DNA of 64,000 bases from Chrysemys picta bellii (taxonomy: Eukaryota). The first letter of the stretch is position 1; the number at the start of each line of letters is the position of its first letter. Location: NCBI RefSeq assembly GCF_011386835.1, contig NC_088797.1:126604001-126668000 (forward strand), given 5' to 3'. Below are positions 24,342 to 36,570 of this stretch, piece after piece. The notes under the pieces were generated by a model. The model made no database searches, had not been told where the DNA came from, and was given only the letters and a program-made list of their open reading frames with translations. A program made the position numbers and the translations under genes.

Positions 24342-24900
24342 CAGCCCTGGGCAGAGAGCAGGCCCTGTTGGGGGCCGGCCCTGGGCAGAGAGCAGGCTCT
24401 GGGCAGAGAGCAGACCCCGGGCAGGGAGCAGGCCCCGGGCAGGGAGCAGGCCCCGGGCAGAGAGCCGGCCCCGGGCAGAGAGCCGGCCCCGGGCAGGGAG
24501 CAGGCCCCGGGCAGAGAGCAGACCCCGGGCAGGGAGCAGGCTCTGGGCAGAGAGCCGGCCCTGGGCAGAGAGCAGGCCCTGGGCAGGGAGCAGGCTCTGG
24601 GCAGAGAGCAGGCCCCGGGCAGGGAGCAGACCCCGGGCAGGGAGCAGGCCCCGGGCAGAGAGCCGGCCCCGGGCAGGGAGCAGGCCCCGGGCAGGGAGCA
24701 GGCCCCGGGCAGGGAGCCGGCCCCGGGCAGGGAGCAGGACCCGGGCAGGGAGCCGGCCCCGGGCAGGGAGCAGGCCCCGGGCAGAGAGCCAGCCCTGGGC
24801 AGAGAGCAGGCCCCGGGCAGAGAGCCGGCCCCGGGCAGGGAGCAGGCCCCGGGCAGAGAGCCAGCCCTGGGCAGGGAGCAGGCCCCGGGCAGAGAGCAGA
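24342..24900. repeat. 18-bp minisatellite x ~30
   Basis: Unit GAGC(A/C)GGCCC(C/T)GGGCAG(A/G); source of the AGSRPR / PGREQA / CPGPAP repeat ORFs. Confidence 0.95.
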
Positions 24901-24978
24901 CCCGCCAGGCATTTGAAAAACAGGCTTCGCCTGCGAGGCTCAGGGGCCGATTCCAAGACCCCACCGCCCCCTGCCACT

Positions 24979-25137
24979 CAGGGCCGGCTCCAGGGTTTTG
25001 GCCGCCCCAAGCAGCCAAAAAAAAGGGAGTGAGAGACCGTCCGCCGAATTGCCACCAAATACCTGGACGTGCCGCCCCTCTCCGGAGCGGCCGCCCCAAG
25101 CACCTGCTTGAGAAGCTGGTGCCTGGAGCCGGCCCTG
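24979..25137. mobile_element. hAT MITE (159 bp)
   Basis: Perfect TIRs CAGGGCCGGCTCCAG / CTGGAGCCGGCCCTG; TSD CTGCCACT / CTGGCACT (7/8). Confidence 0.9.
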
Positions 25138-26709
25138 CTGGCACTGAAGGCAGCTTGTTCACGTGTTGCACGAGGAGCCCTTAGGCCGGGGGGGGAGTTC
25201 CGTTCTCTGCCTACGGTCAGTTTCTGTGGGTGTTTCTCAGGCAGGGGGCAAAGCGCCCAGCTCGGGGAGCTCCAGGCGAAAACCAACCAACTTGTTTTCA
25301 TTTAAATGAAACACACACAAGGGCAGGGAAACCTGCCGGTGTGGTACCCAGCTGCCCCTGGTCCTGCTCCACCCTCCGCAGCGAAGGGTGTCCCTGAAAC
25401 GGGGCAGGCATGGGGGCCTGTGCTGCCTTAGGCCAGTCTTGAGTGTGCCTGGATCCCCGTCGGAAAAGGGGCGAGAGCAGCCCTGGGCTCCCCTAGCCCC
25501 CTGGTGCCCCCTGCAGGTCCTGGGGGGGGGGGGGAAGTGGGTGAGGCAGCTCGGGGTGGGGGGATAGGGATTGGGGTTGGCATGGGCAACAGGCGTCCCC
25601 TCTCACTGCTCTCCGTCACGCCGCCCTCCCCGCTGGTTGGCAGAAGAGCCAGCAACAGAGGAACGGGGGGCAGGCTGGCATGGGCGTTACGGTGTTTTCC
25701 TGGTGGGTGAGGGGCCCAGCAGCGGGAAGGGCCCTGTGGAAACAGGGGCGGGGACGAAGCGGGTGGAAGGGGCATCACAGTTCTGCTCCCCCACAAGGCC
25801 GTATCCCCAGCGCTGGCCTCTCAGTGTGCAAAGGGGGATCACCAGCGCCCCAAAATGGGATAGGTCTGCCTGTCCTGCAGCCCCCTGCTCATCCAACCCT
25901 GGGCTGGCTCCCCCTCACCTCCTGCCAATGGCCCTCAATCACATCCTACAGGCCACCCCCATCCCCATCCCCACTATCCCAGCCTTGGCTTCCCCTCTCA
26001 GAGCTCTGCCGGTGCCCCTCACTCCCGACTCGCAGCCCCCTCCTAACCCAGCCGTGTGCGCCCCACCATCCCTGCTCACTTATACACCCAGCTCTGCCAG
26101 TGGGCTTCAGTCACAACCTCCAGGGGTGCCCTCCTCGCCCCCCCAGCAATGCTGGTGCCCCCTGCTATCCCAGCCCTGCATTGCCCATACCCCCAGCTCT
26201 GCCCCTCAAGCCCGACCCACAGCCCCCAGACTGTTCCGGTTTTAGCACAAGACCCTGCTGAGCCGAGCTGACACGACTACACAATCGTTTCACTGGCGAT
26301 TTAGCCCGAGCCTGCCCCTGACCCTGCGGGGGCAGACACACCACGCGCGTCACCCACTGTGCCGGGGCTGGGGGGGGTTTCCATTAGCAATGGTGCCTGG
26401 AGCTGAGGTTGGCAAAAGTGGGGCCCTCAGGCAAAGACCACGATTTCCAGCTCCACGTGGGTCTGAGGAGGAGCAAACGCACCCCCCCCCGGGCGCCATG
26501 GGGCCAGGCCAGATCCTCCCCCGGCCTTGTGGCTGCCACACGCCCGCTCTCCCTTATTACCAGCGACCTGTCGACTGCCTTTGCCGCGGAGTCCCCGGCC
26601 CCACATCGCTTTTAAATGGGTTTCAGGAACGGCTCCGGTCCCTGTTAAAAGGCCAGACGCGTCCAGGCAAGGGGGAGACCCTCCGTGGGGCCCGACAGAC
26701 CCGCCCGCG

Positions 26710-27080
26710 CAAACGTTTTAATTAATGACACCGGCGGGTTTTTTTTTTTTTCCCCGCCTCTCCCCCTCCTAAGCTCTTGCCTGCATGTGTGCGGCCCGTC
26801 GGGCCCCACAGCCATGGAAATATTAGGTTGACGGATGTGCTCTGTCGTGGGGGCTCCCTCGCCGGGCCCAGCTGTCAGCGCACCGCTGATGACATTAACG
26901 CGGGCAGAAAGTGATGACAAATGCCCGTTATCAGGGAACGAGGCCTGTGACAAATCGAACGGCGCCTCCCGAGCAGCCCCATTACGCTGTAATAAAAAAA
27001 GATGGATGGCTCCCCGCGCCGGGGCCCGGCGCTAATGCGATTTCGCCTGGTCTCGCCGGGTTCCAATTAAGGCAGAGAAC
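26710..27080. promoter_or_regulatory. Candidate conserved enhancer (MEIS/TALE-homeodomain cluster)
   Basis: Five TGACA/TGTCA motifs (26726, 26873, 26890, 26915, 26948) plus TTAATTAAT, CATTAA, GTAATAAA, CTAAT and CAATTAA in unique, CpG-retaining sequence. Confidence 0.55.
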
Positions 27081-28294
27081 AGAGAGCGACCAGGAGATCC
27101 GAAGGCCCAGCCCGGCGCCCCCAGCACACACACCCCCTCCCCCCCCCCCCCCCCCCCCCCCCCGGCCCCGTCCACCAGCTGCCCTAATGGAGTCTGAAAA
27201 GCCTGATGACCTGCCCGGCGCCCCCAGGCCCCCGCTCCAGTGCTGGGTGGGAGCCGAGCCATGGCTGGGGGGGGGGGGGGGGTGCAGTGTGGCCAGATGT
27301 GCTGCACAGACGGGGCTGGGCCAAGGCAAAGGATGTTGTGTGTGGTTCCCCCAAACCCCCCCAACACATGCACCCTTAAAGTGGAGGGAGTGGAGGGATG
27401 GGGGGGGAAATTCCCTGCTCAGCTGCTCCCAGCTCCGGCTCTTCCAGGTGAACTGCTTAATCGACTTCACAGCTGCACCACTTGGAGGGGGGGAATGAGC
27501 AGGGGGGGGGGCGGAATGACCCGCATGACGAGCCATCACGCCCAGACAAATGTCACCTCTACCGGCCGCTTGAGTCATGTGCCGCAGGCATGGGTGTGAA
27601 ATTAATCCTGGCTGGCACCAGGGAGTGCTACCCCTCCCCGCTGGCCTGCCCCTGCTGCCTGTGGTGTAGCAAAGCAAGGGGGGATCGGGGGGCATTGCCC
27701 CATGGAGTGAGGCGGATGGGAGGAGTGCACCATGTAGAGGACTGATGGTGGGGTCAGGGCCATGTGGCCTGTGGGGGGGGGGGGGGGCAGTGCCCCACAG
27801 GCAGGAGGGTGTGTTGGGCGGGGTCAGTACTCCATGGGCAGGGTGTCAGCGCCATCTGGACCGGGCATTGGGGGTGAATTAGTGCCTCATGGGCGGAGCC
27901 AGTGGCGGGGCAGTGCCCTACGGGTGGAGATGATGGGGGGGCAATCAGTGGCCCCTGGGCTGGGACCATTGGTTAGGGTGTCTCAGTGCCCCGTGGGGCA
28001 GCAGTGATGGGGTGGGGGGGTCCAGGCTTCGGCGGGGCACAGGCCAGCTGGGTTGGGCTGGGGCAAGATGCTCAGGCGCACGCGTTGCTATGGGAGCCAG
28101 CAGCGGCTGATACCCCCCCCTCTGCCCCAGGGTCCCCCACCAGCCCCATCTGCAGCAGCCCTGGCTCCCCGCCCCCGCCCCAAGCACCAAACTCATCCCC
28201 CGTGTGTTTGCAGAAGCCATTTATAGCTGTCCCCCCCCCCCCAATACCTACCCACACTGCATGCCAGGGTCCTGACTGAAGCAAGACGATTACT

Positions 28295-28345
28295 AATAAC
28301 TGCATATGCAAATTATCCCATTAGCTAATTTGCATTAAGTGTCAC
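28295..28345. promoter_or_regulatory. Paired octamer (POU) element
   Basis: ATGCAAAT (28306-28313) and ATTTGCAT (28328-28335) lie within a perfect 10-bp inverted repeat ATGCAAATTA-N10-TAATTTGCAT. Confidence 0.6.
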
Positions 28346-30789
28346 ACTGAAGTCAGCCCTGCCAATGCCTGCACTGTATCAGCCCCGGAGGGGAGGGGGC
28401 AGGCAGCGAACACACATCACAGGGCACCCAGACCCTGCCCAGTTGGGTAGTGACTCTGCCAGGGGCCTGCCTGAGGGCATGGTGGGTGGGTGAGGCCATG
28501 GTACCGGGGCGGGGGTGGGTTACAACATCAGTTTCCCACCATCACAACTTTATAGTCCACCGCCCGCCAGTGTCTCACACACACCCCGCCCTTCCTGAGG
28601 CACGCCGTATGTGATCCCTCTACCACTCCCACCGCGGGCACTCAAGCTGCCCGGGCACCGCTGGGCCACCAGGCATTACAAACACAACGGCTGGCTGGGC
28701 CGTCTCTGCACCAGGCGAGCAGGTGGGTGTGTAACTCGCGTTAACCCACAGGAGGCCCCATCCCAGAGACGCCAAGGCAGCATGGAACGGCTCCGGGATA
28801 CGCATAATGCTCTCCCCAGAGTAGCCACGTAAGAGCTGGGGCAGCCCATGGGCCATCTAGCTTGAGGGGCATTACCCAGCCTAGGGCAATGAGACAGTCA
28901 GAGGTGTAGAGACACCCAGAGCATGGATTGGATCCCTGACCATCATGGCTAATAGCCACTGATGGACCTGTCTTCCAGGAACTTAGCCAGGTTTTCTTTT
29001 TAAAGAAGCCCACGGACAAGCCCCTGCATGGGCAGGCATTCAGCCTGCCGCCATGCCATGCAGAATCCAGGGTCTTGGTGCCCCAGCCCCCAGCTGAGTA
29101 AATAAGGAAGGGACATCTCCGGGGAGGCGGACTAAGGATGTTGTGAGAGGAGCAATAGTCATCAACGAAAAGCAGGCCTGTTTGCATTAGCTGGCAGGAA
29201 CGCGCTCCCAGGGAGAGCCATGAGCCGAGGGAACAGCGGGGGCTGAGGGGGCATCAACAGAAACACACACACACACACGCTCACCCAAGCACGTGGGTCA
29301 CGGATGGCCGCCATGTTGGCCAACGCTCCAGGGACTAAATGCGAGACCGGCAGAGCCAGAAGCACGTTTTGCAGCTTGTGCCAAAGCTCCCCAGCAGGGG
29401 CTGAAAGAGGCTTGTAACCGCTATGGATCGGGCGTTGAATTACACAGGGGCTTTCACCCCAACCATAGGGGCTCAAAACGTCATTTTCTCCCAGCTGAGA
29501 CCACGGAGCGGCAGCCTACTGCTCTTGGCAAGCAGGACGTCGGGCAGATCGACACATCGCTGAGCGGACGATTCGGGTTGCCCCTGGAAGGTGTGAGCTC
29601 TACGGGAGCGGGTGGGAGGAGGAGAGGGCTGAGCCGCAGCGGAGCAGGGGCTGCCTGAGGGAAGGCTTAGACTAGGTCTAGCCGTGGCCTGAGCATTGGA
29701 GCGGCTGGTCCATGCTCTTTTCATTCCCTTATGTCCTTTCCCGTAGCAGGGACGATTCGCTCCCTCCTGGCGGCGCTGGGTGAGTGACAGTCTCTGGCCT
29801 GTGCTCCGCAGGACGTCACACTTGATGAATGGTCCCCTCTGGTCTTTGAATGAGTCTGGCCTTTTCTGAAGTGTCAGCGCCTCCTACATCCCACCCTGTG
29901 CCTGTACCAGCCGGGGTGCTCTAGCCAGATAGGCGCCCATCAGTGCCACTTCTAATGAGAACCGGAGGTGGGCGGGGGCCTGGATCAAGGTAATTCTGCA
30001 TCCATCCATTTTGGCTCTGCCTGTGACTGTATTGGCTAGGAGCTGGTCACTCGCTGGAGCATGAGACGGTTCCCCAGTTTCAGGAATAACTTGTCATTCC
30101 TGAGTGGTGAAGCCAGTACATGGGAGTGGGCTCTGGAAAGACCTTGTGGGTAAAGGGTTACATATTCCCATTCCAGCTGCCCCAGTGCTTCTGGCTTAGG
30201 ATGAGGGCTTGCAAGAGGTGTCAAGGGACATGAGCCCACTGGAGAGAAATAAATAATCACTGATAATAAAATCACTCTGAAAATAGCAAAGACGATTGCC
30301 CCAGCGCTCCTGCATGGCTGCTCCCCCAGCCCATCACCTTCACACAAGGACCAACTCACTCCATGCAGGAGCCTACCCTGCACCTCCCCAAACACACCCA
30401 CACAAGTGTGCAAGAAGCAGCCAGGAGTCAGCTGGCATGAGAAACAGCCCCGCACTTTTATTAAACACGTGAGTATTCGGCTCAGGCCGAGTCTGCTCAG
30501 GCGTCTAACAATACATCTGGCTGAGCTAGAATGTCATGATTTAAGATCATCACTTATCGCCCTCGCCCCAAGCCCCACAAGGCCCTTTCCTAGCAGTTGC
30601 AATGAAATGAGAATTTTAAATTTGAAACTAAAGAAACACTTTTTACAAGAAGGAAACATTTTTGCTTCTGTTCAGTTCGTAGAAAAATTCCATGAAATTT
30701 TCCAAGCTTCTTCAAATTCCCCACAAATTGTTTCATTTGATATTTTTCATGGAAAATACCTACCAATCAAACCAGCCCTGTTCTGAATG

Positions 30790-31870
30790 GTTCGCTTGGC
30801 ACAGTTAGATTGGAATGAATTTTGCCAAATTATCATCCTCCAGAATCTCTGTAACTCTGCTTTGCAGAGTTATTGCAATGACTTTATCTGGATCAGTGAC
30901 TGAGCCATCTCTTTGCCAATTATGTGCAATGCTGATACTAGCTGCTAGACCAGTTCTTTACTTTTTAAAGCTCAGCATTACTACTTGATAATTCCCTGTT
31001 CATTCCCTCTGGGGCACCTGGCACTGGCCACTGTCAGAAGACAGGATACTGGGCTGGATGGACCTTTGGTCTGACCCAGTCTGGCCGTTCTTATGTTTGT
31101 GTCTTTCTTTCTCATGCTACAACGCTTGTCTAAGTCTTTTTTAAAGTTCAGCTTTTTATTCTGTCTATCTTCTGCACCGTGTAACCTTGCAGAGATGTAT
31201 TGGACAACCCTTTGAAATACCGCAGGAGCAGAATTAATCCCAAATGGCAGTCATTGACATTCAAAATACTTAAATTGTGTATTAAAAGTTATTAGTTTGG
31301 AGCCTAACTGACCTAACTTTATTTGTCAAATTGCATCTCCTGCATCTAATACAGCGATTACTTATGCTTCTGAGAGCTTAGCTGAACCTCCTTCAATTGT
31401 TTCCATTGGATAATGGTTGCATCATATGACTATATTTAAGTGACATTGATTGAAAGTTAGCCTGACTTTATTTGACTTTTTGACTATAATCACAGAATTG
31501 GCCCAGTCTGTAGGTTGTTTTACCTCTTCAGTAAGTCTCAGCATCTCAAGTCCAGTTTTTATTTTTATCTGTGAGGCCAAATGCCATTTTTCTTGCTGGA
31601 CGGAGCACTGACATTATTACTCCATCTATAGCATTCACCTTCCAGGCATACGACAAGAATTCTCTCAGTGTGTCATCCATGCTCCGTGCCTGACTTTCTG
31701 TGGCATTTACACCAATCTTTGCAACTAACCTGCCCATAGCTACACAGGTTTTCATCCCTACTGCAGGAGGAAATGCAATATATGCATTTAGTTATTAATG
31801 GATTGTGTTTCTTTCAAGCAAACTGAAACAGTTATTTGCCCTTGTAGCAACAATAAACAATGAGTGAATC
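30790..31870 (-). mobile_element. Degraded Ty3/Gypsy pol fossil (protease end to RT/thumb)
   Basis: Minus-strand translation: VGMKTCVAMG..RPARKMAFGLTDK, then EEVKQPTDWANSVIIVKKSNKVRL..HYPMETIE..VIAVLDAG..KLITFNTQF..LPFGINSAPAVFQR, and DPDKVIAI..ELQRF..LAKFIP; several stops and frameshifts. Confidence 0.85.
31020..31097 (+). mobile_element. CR1 3' end inserted in the Gypsy fossil
   Basis: gcactggccactgtcagaagacaggatactgggctggatggacctttggtctgacccagtctggccgttcttatgtt is a turtle-type CR1 3' terminus. Confidence 0.8.
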
Positions 31871-32054
31871 AATAAAAAAAATGCCCGTAGCACTTTTCCT
31901 CAGTAGATCTCAAAGTGATCAACAATCTTTAATGTATTTAGCCTAACAACACCGCTGAGAGGCAGCAAAGCATTATTATCCCCATTTTACAGATGAGGAA
32001 CTGAGCCACAGAGAGGCTAAGTGATTCACACAGGAAGTGCATGGTAGAGCTGGG

Positions 32055-33367
32055 TGTGACGGTCCCCTCTGGTATTATCTGGACCGGTGATCTGCTAGGT
32101 CACTCCGACCCTTGACTCTGGGAGCCAGCCTTACCCTGCTCTGCTGTGAGAACCCCCACTCCTGGGCTGTTCACACACAGCCTCTGGCGTGTAAGCTGCT
32201 CCCAGCTACTTGCAACCGAATGACACTAGCCGATATCTCCAGTCCCGGACACAACCCTAGGAACCTCCGTCTTGCAGTGTCCAGTTATGCCCACTGGATG
32301 CTGCAAGCTTGTATGAATTCGTCAATTTAACAAAGAAACTGATATGTACCGGGCTTGTTCTCCCAAGGGGAGTCTGACACGCTTCAAACCAAACGCACTG
32401 CTTCAGTAGAATAAACCAACAGATTTATTAACTGTAAAGATAGATTTTAAGTGATTACGAGTCAAAACACAACAAGTCAGAGTGGTACTAAAAGAAAATA
32501 AAACATAAGTACGCAGCCTAAACTCTCAATCCTATTAGACTGGGCAGCAAGTACACCTCTACCCCGATATAATACGACCCGATATAACACGAATTCGGAT
32601 ATAACGCGGTAAAGCAGCGCTCCGGGGGGGTGGGGCTGCGCACTCCGGCGGATCAAAGCAAGTTCGATAGAACACAGTTTCACCTATAATGCGGTAAGAT
32701 TTTTTGGCTCCTGAGGACAGCGTTAGATCAGAGTAGAGGTGTAGATGTAGCAGTTTCTCACCCCACTGGATGTTGCAGTCCTTAGTACACAGGTTTGTCC
32801 CCTGAACCTGGGCCAGTCTCCTGTGTTGGAGTCTTGTCTTCTTCTCAGTGTCCTGGTCGCTTGCAGCAGAGGTAGGGGCAGGAGCAGGGCCCAGTGTGTG
32901 TCCACACTGCCTGTTTTATACCCTCAGTCCATGTGCTTGGGGAGCACAAGTCCAGGCACGTCTGGGGGCATTGCCGAGTCTCTCCAAGCGAGGCTGAGCA
33001 ATTCCCCTGGGGTGGCCTCGTGCAGGGGACTCATCGCATTGTAGCTCCCTTGCTGGACAATGGCTGCTGATGGGTTGTTCGACTCCCCGCCCGGGCGTTA
33101 GTTACTTTCCTTGCTGTTGCCTCTGGGGAGCGAATATCTGGCCGATTCCCCAGCTCACAGCATGTTTTAGTGACAACCATACCACACAATTCTCATAACG
33201 TCGTATGCATGAACGATACACATCTATGGAGAGAGAAATGACTTTCAGCAGATCAGAACCTTTCCCCGGATACCTTACAAGGCACCCTTTATACGTAAGA
33301 TCACGACGATATGAAAATGAGGCATGCGGGGAGTACAGCACGCTCCCCCAAGGTATAGACTGTCACT
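32055..33367. mobile_element. Solo LTR (~1.3 kb)
   Basis: Ends TGTGAC...TGTCACT; perfect 5-bp TSD CTGGG (32050-32054, 33368-33372). Confidence 0.85.
32554..32741. mobile_element. Tc1/mariner (pogo/Tigger-like) MITE nested in the LTR
   Basis: TIRs CACCTCTACCCCGATATAA / TTAGATCAGAGTAGAGGTG (16/19 match); TA on both sides (32552-32553, 32742-32743). Confidence 0.85.
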
Positions 33368-34161
33368 CTGGGAATTCAGCCCAGGTCTCCCACATCCTAC
33401 ACAAGGGCCCCAACCACTGAACCAGCCTTCCTCCGAGCCAGCTCACTGCTAGTTTACATCCTGAACATGACGCGAGCTTTGCGTTTGATTTCTCCACGGG
33501 CTGCCTACTGCCCGTAGTGTAGATTTGCCTGGGAAAAACACTGAGTTGTGCTCCCATATCCAGTTTAAAGGCTACGACTCTGCCACTATCGCTTAGCTCT
33601 ATTTGTCCAAATGGGGCACGTTGATTTGCACTCTCTGTACCTACCTAAGCAGTCGGCGTGACTGCTTTCCCCACTCCCAAGAACATTGTGCAGTGGACCT
33701 GTGACAAAAACATTTTTTCTCACTTCCATAAGTGGCATTTTGGACCAAATCAAGGCAATGTCCTGACTTGGGAGGTCTCTCCCACCCTGAGTGCAGAGGA
33801 GTTTTTGCCTATCAGCAACCCTGTTGTTCCAGTTGTGACGCCCTTCTTTTCTAGCTCTATGTCGCTGACGTGATACAACATCGAGTAAGTGCAGAATGAG
33901 ATTCTAGAACCCATATGACCTCTAACAACTATCTATGGCTTAGGTTAAGGGCATATAGCGTAGCAGAAATAGATTACAGCCCTTTAAACAGTTTTGGAGA
34001 CCTCTCATGTTCTCGCTGGCCTCTATGTGTCAGAGGCCACCAGAACCCTGCCAGGGGAGCGGTGTGTATCTGTCACTGGGCCTGGCACATAATAACTGTA
34101 GGCCTTTGGATCCCGCTGTGCATTAGATATTATTCTGTAAAGATCCGAAGACGTGGCAATC

Positions 34162-34834
34162 GGTGACACGGGTGGGATCCTAATCCAGGGAGAGGGACCA
34201 CGGAGGCCTCAAAATGACCCTGCAGCCGTCGAGACCGAGTGACCGGCTCATTTCAGGGGGTGTTCCTGGGTTCGCTCACTGCTCGCGGCACCTCCTGCTG
34301 GCCATCTTGGGAATCAGCTCTGCCAGCTAGCGCTCTCCCTCCGTGGCCCCGCTCACTCCCAGATCTGCAGCCTCCTCTTCGTGGCTTGGCCCTCCGGCCA
34401 GGGTCGCTAAGATCCTCCTCTTCCGGGGAATTCACAGCGTTTCCAGACCCACTGACATCTCCAGCGCCTTGTGCCACTCCCCAGCGGCTGGCAGGGGAAT
34501 GCAGGCCTGCCCTCTACACGGGGTTCCAGCCTAGGGACCCTATAACAAGCAGCCAAAGTCTCTGCAAGGTCCTACCCTGGCTGTTCTATCCCTGGGCTTC
34601 TCCCTACCTATCTGACTTCCCTGCTGTCTGGGTTTGCCAGCCCCCAACTCCCCCCACTCAGGGAGTGACTTAAGCAGCCCCGCTCTCTGGAGCCAGCTAG
34701 CTGGCTTTATACAGCCCCCCCGTTCCGGCGCAGGTGAGCCCATTCCCTAGTCAGGGCTTTCCTCCCAGCCTTCAAGCTGCTAGGTTAATTGGTCCAGCCC
34801 TTCCACTCCTGGGTGAGGTGGACACCTCATCACA
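34162..34834. mobile_element. LTR-like segment upstream of the Gypsy gag remnant
   Basis: Starts GGTGACAC (TGTGAC-like) and ends CATCACA immediately before gag-like sequence; no clear TSD. Confidence 0.5.
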
Positions 34835-34864
34835 GGGGTGGGGGAAGGGCTTTAAATGTCTGGC

Positions 34865-36570
34865 AGTTTGGGGGAAAATGGACTTGTTTGATAGCTCAGT
34901 AGAGGACTGGCCCACCTCTGATGCAAGACTGGAAGCTACGGAATAGCTATTGGCATCACTGATGAGAAAAAGGTGGCGGTTTTGCTCACGGTAATAGGGG
35001 CTAAAACTTCCAACCTGCTGCGTGCTTCCAACCTGACGCTGCTTATTAAACTAAATCTTTGCGGCGAGTGTGGAATGTCTACAAAAACTATAGACTGTAG
35101 ACTGGGGCGTGCCGACAGCGTCCGCTTTCATAACCGGAATCCAAAGGAAACCGTTTCCAAATACGTGGCTGGATTGTGGCAATGAACAGCGAGTTGCCAA
35201 TTCGGAAAGATCGCACTTAATGGGTGCATGAAGGGACCGGTTCGCACGTGGTAGGTGCAACGAAGCAATCCGGAAACCAGCTATCGCCCGAGCTGGAGTT
35301 TGCCCTCGAATGTGGCGTGTAAATTGCTGTATCAACGTAGACAGCTAGAAAAGAGACCAGGGAAGGGCAACAGAATCCTGGCATCTGTGCAACGACTAAC
35401 CCGGGGTCATGCGGACAGGCCAGCGCTCCAAGCCTGGGAGCTTCCGTGGTGGGAAACTGCCTCTCAATGCAAATGAGCGTTGGTTCAAGGACAAACCCTG
35501 TAGAAACGGCAAGAAAATGCACAATGGCTCCCTGCCCACAAGGGCAATACCGGAGAATTTCAGATTCATCCCTTTCCAGGTGACAACCCCGAGACGGTTA
35601 CAGCCTCCCTACAATTGGTTCATTAAGAAGCTGATAAAGACACAAGCTGAAGTGTCAAAACGACTGTTTTCAAGGCCAGCGGTTCCTGAGCAGATTGCAA
35701 GCGACAACGGGACTCAGCTCCCATCGGAAGTTTCAACGGCTTGTCGGAAGAAACGGGACAAGAGACGCCACATCAGCTCCTCGCTCCCTGCCACTGATGG
35801 TTAGCCGGGGAAGCGATTCCAGCTCTGGCTTCCAACACAAGCGTCAGAATCTTCTACCGCAGCACATTCCGCTCCCCATCGGACGCCTGCTCTGTTGTGT
35901 ACGGGGTGTCGTTTCCGATCTGTCCTCAAGGGGCTCTAGAGGGACAGGCTTGGGAAACAGTGTGATCAACCGGCCACAAATAGCCCTCCCTCAAAACTGG
36001 AAGGCCTAGAAAACCTCCTGCTTCAGGGCATGAACCAACCACTGGCTCGTGGGGTCAGGAGGAAACTTACCCATAGGTGCAGATTAGCTCATCACAGAGG
36101 GTGTCACGTCCCCTTCTCTGCACCTGTTGGTACCAAGTCGATGGATCCGGGCCGATCCAGTCTGGCAGTGCCGACGTCTCTTATAAATAACAGCTTTGTC
36201 TGGGGTAACAGCCCCTCTCGGATGGATCCACACCCTGGGCCGAATCCTCGTCGCCCAGTTCCCACGTCAAAGGCTCTTACGGGTGCAGTGGTGCTGGGCC
36301 AGCTGCCTGGCGAAGTGGTTTCGCTGCAGCCCGTCGTGCAATGCCAATACTCGAACTGTTCCTCCAGCCTCCATCCCAGCAAGCCGTTACGTGCATGCTT
36401 ATATCCAGCCCTCCAGCAAAGCACGGCACCCCCTGCCGCCCTTTACAGCAACCTCAGGGAGAGCTAAGCAGCTGCTTAACGTCAGGCGGGTACCCCAGGG
36501 CCGGATCGCGGAATCGGGGGGCAAGCAGCGACTTATTTCCCACGGGCTCCCCTTGCAAATCTAGCAGACC
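34865..36570 (+). mobile_element. Degraded Ty3/Gypsy internal region (gag plus integrase; PR/RT/RH deleted)
   Basis: gag-like LGKMDLFDSSVEDW, EKKVAVLLTVIGAKT, RFHNRN..ETVSKYVAGL, and Zn-knuckle remnant WFKDKPCRN..KMH; integrase-like LFSRPAVPEQIASDNGTQ. Confidence 0.75.

Larger units (their letters stand above)
31965..33430 (+). mobile_element. MIR/CORE-like SINE interrupted by a solo LTR
   Basis: CORE-type attatccccattttacagatgaggaactgag...agagctggg resumes after the LTR as ctgggaattcagcccaggtctcc. Confidence 0.65.

Noticed and set aside
23302-25184. 576/542/543-aa ORFs with AGSRPR, PGREQA and CPGPAP repeats (collagen-, mucin- or PPE-like look)
   Set aside because: They are open in several frames and on both strands because the in-frame 18-bp unit lacks stops; they also cross MITE boundaries.
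31546-31780. Apparent terminal exon with a strong acceptor (ttgcatttcctcctgcag) and a protein-like 69-aa ORF
   Set aside because: It continues across a frameshift into Gypsy RT motifs, so it is the protease-RT linker of the retroelement fossil, not a host exon.
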